Shown in pieces: positions 59,615 to 64,000 of a stretch of 64,000 nt of DNA. Within the stretch, counting starts at the first letter, position 1; the number at the start of each line of letters is the position of its first letter. The DNA is taken from assembly GCA_965226795.1 (NCBI GenBank), contig CBDDDZ010000005.1:2464001-2528000 (forward strand), written 5' to 3'. The notes beneath the pieces were generated by a model, which made no database searches, was not told the origin of the DNA, and saw nothing but the letters and a program-made list of their open reading frames with translations. The translations under genes were made by a program, and so were the position numbers. Source of the stretch: Candidatus Latescibacterota bacterium (lineage in GTDB: Bacteria > Latescibacterota > UBA2968 > GCA-2709665).

Positions 59615-60598
59615 TCAGCGCGTGCTCACCATTACCGGCGTTTTGCGCTCCAGCGACCTGTAGGCGGCCTCGGAAAGCCGGGCAACCTGCAGGGCAAAGT
59701 CGGGGGCTTCGTACCCCTTTCCGCCATTCCGGATCCAATCGAAAAACGCCGCATCCGGAGATGTCTCAACAATCCGTTCGGGAATTTCCATTGGCCTGTC
59801 GTTCACCAGTACCGCCTTTACCTGCCACTTGTAGAGATGAAAGACGATACATCCTTCACCGCCGTGAATGGCGATGCGCTCATCGTGATCCCTGGCATTG
59901 CCGAACGTGCTGATCGTACCCACAGCCCCGCCTTCAAACCGGACATTCAGCACGGCGTTGATATCCACGTCCATGTGATCGTAATCCATAAACGCAGAGA
60001 CTTCCACCGGCGCCAGCCCGGTAATCCATAACGTGGATGCGACCAGGTGGCTGCCGGTATCCATAAACATACCGCCGCCGGAAAGCTCGGGATCCAGGCG
60101 CCAGCCCTTCACTCCTCCCCAATTCTGCGTCACGTAGGACACCACACCGCGCAACTCTCCGATATACCCTTCCCGCACCAGTTCCCTGGCGTACACGTGC
60201 GGCGCGAAGTAATTCCGCTGGTAGCTCACCTGCAAGAACCGCTTCTTCTGCGCCGCCAGGTCGATTAACGCCCGCGTATGCCCTGGAAACACCGTCAGCG
60301 GCTTCTCCACCAGCACGTGCAGGCCCGCTTCGAGCCCGAGCCGCGCCTGCTCGTAGTGCATCGAATGCGGTGAACTGATAAAGATCGCGTCGAGCGCCTC
60401 CTGTTGAATCATGCGGCGATAATCCTCGTAACAGGCGACCTCTCCGCCGTATCGATCCATCAACAAACGGGCCTGCTCCTTCACCGTATCCGCCACGCAA
60501 ACCAGCTTCACATCCTTCTCTGCCTGAATGCGCGGCACGTGCGCGCCCCGCATATTGCCACCGCAACCGATCAGACCCAGACGAATCTCTTCAGCCAT
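59615..60598 (-). CDS. Gfo/Idh/MocA family oxidoreductase
   Basis: IGCGG, HVLVEKP, GGG...D.G.H. Confidence 0.93.
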   Translation of the reverse strand: MAEEIRLGLIGCGGNMRGAHVPRIQAEKDVKLVCVADTVKEQARLLMDRYGGEVACYEDYRRMIQQEALDAIFISSPHSMHYEQARLGLEAGLHVLVEKPLTVFPGHTRALIDLAAQKKRFLQVSYQRNYFAPHVYARELVREGYIGELRGVVSYVTQNWGGVKGWRLDPELSGGGMFMDTGSHLVASTLWITGLAPVEVSAFMDYDHMDVDINAVLNVRFEGGAVGTISTFGNARDHDERIAIHGGEGCIVFHLYKWQVKAVLVNDRPMEIPERIVETSPDAAFFDWIRNGGKGYEAPDFALQVARLSEAAYRSLERKTPVMVSTR

Positions 60599-61460
60599 TC
60601 CTCCCTCCTTGGTGTCGTTGGTTATCGCCGCCGGACACGCCTAAACAAGATCCGACGTACTCCAGGTTCCTCAGACTGTTTGCCGCCAACCCGGTGAACG
60701 CCGTGTCGGCCACCTCGAACGCATCCGGGCTGATGTCCAGATGTGTCTCTACCACCACGAAGCCCCTGTACCCGTCGGCACAAAGGGCGTCCAACTGCCC
60801 TGGCCAGTCCACGAGCCCCTCCTCCGCCAACGACCAGGCGCCCGTGTCCAGGTCGAAATTCTTCACGTGCACGTGGGTTACCAGATCTTTCAGATCCTCG
60901 TATTCCCCCGGAAAGGGGGATGGCGTACCCGCCCGGGCGGAATTGCCGGGATCCCAGCAAAGCGATAGACGGTCCACACCCACCTGGCGGACAAGCAGAG
61001 CCGCCTCGGCGCCGGTTGCCCCCCAGCAAACCGCCTCGTTTTCCAGCGCCAGACGACACCCCTCCCGCGCCGCAACGTCCGCCATCTGTCCGAGCCGGTC
61101 CACAACCGCTGCCGGAGGATGCGGCGCCTCCGTCCGCTGAAAGGCGAAACAGGACACCCGATCGGTACCCAATTTTCGCGCCCATGCGCACGCACGTGGA
61201 AGCGACTGCCGCAGGCGTTCGTCGACCCGGGGATCATCCAGCGGCCCCTTGAAAAAACCCGGTGAAACCCCTGAAACACCCAATCCCGCATCGCGGACCC
61301 GCGCGTGAAAGGCGGCCAACTCATTGTCGCTTACGGCAGGAAACCTGCCACCCGCAAGCTGGCGCACCTCCACGTGCGAAACACCCCAGGCCGCGGCAAG
61401 GGATATCGCGCGAGCCGGATCGCGCCGGTCGATTTCATCCGCAAAAACCGAGATTTTCAC
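60591..61460 (-). CDS. Sugar phosphate isomerase/epimerase (xylose isomerase-like TIM barrel)
   Basis: FADEI, LENE, WDPGN, HVHVK, VETH. Confidence 0.87.
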   Translation of the reverse strand: MKISVFADEIDRRDPARAISLAAAWGVSHVEVRQLAGGRFPAVSDNELAAFHARVRDAGLGVSGVSPGFFKGPLDDPRVDERLRQSLPRACAWARKLGTDRVSCFAFQRTEAPHPPAAVVDRLGQMADVAAREGCRLALENEAVCWGATGAEAALLVRQVGVDRLSLCWDPGNSARAGTPSPFPGEYEDLKDLVTHVHVKNFDLDTGAWSLAEEGLVDWPGQLDALCADGYRGFVVVETHLDISPDAFEVADTAFTGLAANSLRNLEYVGSCLGVSGGDNQRHQGGRNG

Positions 61461-61523
61461 TTTCCGCTCCTTTCTAACTTAACGCACCGATTCTATCAGA
61501 TATCTGTGTTGACTTCCGGAATC

Positions 61524-62306
61524 TTACGATTTCGCGGAACGCAGCCCGTCGATCATCTCTGCCGATGTGATCGAGTACTTTCCGAACATCTCCAGAAACA
61601 GAATCGCACCCCGGGTCTGCCACAACCCATCCCGGGTTTCGAACGACTCCATGCCCGTCCCGCAGTCCCGCAGGATGATGACCTCGTATCCACGTTTACT
61701 CATTTCGACCGTGCCATAATCCCGCAGCAATATACACGCGTTGGTGTTGAACCCCAGAAAGAACAGAAACAGGATCCCCTCGCGTTTACAATACCTGTGC
61801 AGTTCCTCCCCGTTGTAGATGACCCCTTCTCCCTTCTCCACCTGCACCAGCGGATGCAACCTTCGCCTGGATCGCATTTCGATCAGCTCCGGCTCTCTCG
61901 GCTCCTCCGGCCTCGCATAGGCGGCATAAGCCCCCGTCCTGGACCTGAACTCACGCGGCGGCCACGTTTCGCCTCTTCCACTCGACGGCGGCGCGGGGTC
62001 GATCAACCGAACCCACGCCGGATGGTGTTCAGCCAGACCCGGCGCGGGTGCATGGATCAGCCGAAATCCGGCCTTGCGGCATGCCGCAAGCAGAGGCACG
62101 ATACGCCCTTCGACAATCGCATCCGTCCGCTCTGCCGTCTCCTTAAGGTAGTGTCCGTCCCACACGTCCACCAGCACGAGCGCGGCTCGCGACAGCGGAA
62201 CGCGCCAATCCAGATAGGCGTAATCCGTGTTCTTCTCCTCCCAGGACACGCCAGGGTCCACGTGCCACCGGTAATGCCTGGGCCTGATATGCAGTTCCTT
62301 ATCCAT
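61524..62306 (-). CDS. Isochorismatase/cysteine hydrolase family protein
   Basis: LVLVDVW, IHAP, GFNTNACIL.RDYG, LRDC. Confidence 0.82.
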   Translation of the reverse strand: MDKELHIRPRHYRWHVDPGVSWEEKNTDYAYLDWRVPLSRAALVLVDVWDGHYLKETAERTDAIVEGRIVPLLAACRKAGFRLIHAPAPGLAEHHPAWVRLIDPAPPSSGRGETWPPREFRSRTGAYAAYARPEEPREPELIEMRSRRRLHPLVQVEKGEGVIYNGEELHRYCKREGILFLFFLGFNTNACILLRDYGTVEMSKRGYEVIILRDCGTGMESFETRDGLWQTRGAILFLEMFGKYSITSAEMIDGLRSAKS

Positions 62307-62387
62307 AGTTGCTCCACGGTTTAAGGACACCGGAAAATGGGACCACTCTCCTATCGCGTCGAAGTCCCACGAGTCCACCCTCTGAAG

Positions 62388-63192
62388 TTACGAGTCCGCA
62401 GTCAGTGTCTGTACGTCTTTCCCGTCCAGACCGGCAACCACCGGAAACGTCATCTCTGAAGGACCCTTTTCGCCCGGCACATAACGAACCGAAGGCGGGA
62501 AATAGGCATAGAGCGCGGTGTGGCGCGGGTGCGGAGACGGATTCGGGCCGGACCCGTGAACCGTCAATGAGTGAAACAGTACGGCATCGCCCGCGGCCAG
62601 GGGTACGTCGATTCTATCGGAAAGATCCACGTCGTCCCGCTCCGTTAGCGCCTCGTCCTGGCGACGGGCGATACGTCCCCAGGACTGCAACCCTCCACGT
62701 GTGGCTTCCGGGCAGCACCTGGATACAGCCGTTTTCGGGGCTTGAATCGGTTAATGCGATGCTTACCGTTACCAGCGTCGGGGGCTGCATCGGCCAGTAT
62801 GCCGAATCCTGGTGCAACCCGTGCGACGACCCGTGGTAGGCCGGCTTCAGCATCAGCGTGCTGCGAAACAGGAGCAAATCCGGGCCAAGAAGCGACCCGC
62901 AGAGCCGAATGAGCCCGGGATGCGCGGCCAGATTCCTGAAGACCTCGGAAAAGTCTCGCGTTTGCTCAATCTTGCGTAATACCGGCAGTCCTTTCCGGGT
63001 CGCGTTTCCTGCAAAGGGCTCGAGTTGAAAGCGGCCTGCCGAGGGATCGCCCCGGTCATCCAGTTCGACCGCCAGCCGATGCAGCCGTTCGATCTCCCGC
63101 TCGCACGCGGCCACCTCTTCGGCGGAAAGCAACGCCCTCACCACGAGATATCCATCTTCCTCGAATCGAGTTATTTGAGCATCCAGTTTCAT
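62388..63192 (-). pseudogene. Phytanoyl-CoA dioxygenase (PhyH) family, frameshifted
   Basis: HQDSAYW and NGC...PGSH in one frame; GD...FH.LTVHGS.PN.S..R in another. Deleting the base at 62694 gives SHTWGLQSWG. Confidence 0.87.
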
Positions 63193-63233
63193 CGTTACCC
63201 TTCTGAAATGACAATTCCCTCCGCATCAACAAA

Positions 63234-63262
63234 ACCGTACAAAACAAAGCCGCCTCTGTCAA
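63234..63262 (-). promoter_or_regulatory. Sigma70-like promoter for the PhyH-led gene run
   Basis: Minus strand TTGACA-N17-TACGGT. Confidence 0.45.
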
Positions 63263-63490
63263 ATACAAAACCGTGAGGTGGACAGAAAGGCTGGAATGTG
63301 GGAAATTCATCCAACGTACGGTTCGAAGGCGCAGATTCCGTCCCGCTGCAGATCGATTGACTGCCCTTCATGCCGCACAGCATTACGGTACCTGCCACGC
63401 ACTGAATCAACGCGCTTCGATAGGTTTGTCCACAGGTCCATCCGGGTTGCCAGATCCTGTGCCGTCGCAAGTCCATTTCCGTGTGGAGCG

Positions 63491-63604
63491 TTGACACCCA
63501 ACACAGGAGTGTGTGTATTACACACTATAACGAGCGCGGAGTTCAATCGGAAGTTGAAACAGGATGGTTGGGTGTTAAATAATACAGGGGGCAGCCACGA
63601 GGGC
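63491..63604 (+). pseudogene. hicA: HicA toxin 5' remnant with promoter/operator
   Basis: ATA 63527 opens (I)TSAEFNRKLKQDGWVLNNTGGSH (HicA GW...GSH motif), then similarity is lost; preceded by TTGACA and the palindrome AGTGTGT-N5-ACACACT. Confidence 0.65.
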
Positions 63605-63626
63605 GTCATTGCTGCCGCGGGAGGCC

Positions 63627-64000
63627 TCACCCCGGATTCAGGGCCAGCCAGGACCTCAACGCCGGCGCCTGTGGATGCCGGGGCGCCAGGTCCAGTACTT
63701 TTCTGAAGTAGGTACGGGTTTTCCGGACGTCCCCTAACGTGTGATAGACAACACCCAGGTTGTAATACGCCTCGGCGTAGCCGGGTTCCAGGGCCACGGC
63801 TTTCTCATAGGCGGAAATGGCCTGTTCATAGTTCCCCAGTCCGTGGTACGCGTTTCCAAGATTGGAATGCGCCCTGGCATAACCCGGTTTCAATGCAATG
63901 GCTTTCCGATAGGCTCTGACGGCAGAGTCGAGCCGTCCTGTTCTATAATGCAGATCGCCGACGTTGTAATAGGCCGCCACGAACTTCGGCTTCAATCCGA
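63627..64000 (-). CDS. TPR repeat protein, 5'-truncated by window edge
   Basis: AYYNVG, AHSNLG, AYYNLG canonical TPR repeats. Confidence 0.88.
   Translation of the reverse strand, partial: GLKPKFVAAYYNVGDLHYRTGRLDSAVRAYRKAIALKPGYARAHSNLGNAYHGLGNYEQAISAYEKAVALEPGYAEAYYNLGVVYHTLGDVRKTRTYFRKVLDLAPRHPQAPALRSWLALNPG

Overview
A gene-dense, GC-rich (roughly 60% by eye) bacterial chromosomal segment with about 50 CDSs. No rRNA, CRISPR array, integrase or intact transposase was seen. Core genes: cell-wall amidase, a DnaC/IstB-like ATPase, rdgB, a TPR lytic transglycosylase, korAB flanked by and fused to CBS domains, selA-selB-selC(tRNA-Sec), galU, mazG, purB and a NUDIX hydrolase. These are interleaved with catabolic genes: two heparinase II/III-like proteins, aldolases, sulfatase-like enzymes, beta-helix proteins, amidohydrolases and a PhyH dioxygenase. 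A GWxTD protein and a WD40 protein with a dockerin/EF-hand-like tail suggest (inference only) an FCB-group organism such as Latescibacterota/Gemmatimonadota, possibly a sponge symbiont. At least five genes look broken: an internally deleted Nramp-like transporter, frameshifted AKR, WD40 and PhyH genes, and a hicA remnant. The least explained stretch is the ~1.07 kb intergenic region 18102-19172. It holds a sigma70-like promoter, a predicted four-way-junction RNA, an extended Shine-Dalgarno with a 25-codon ORF, a REP/MITE-like remnant and a degenerate AATCAC repeat array. All product calls come from motif recognition by eye; no database searches were run.
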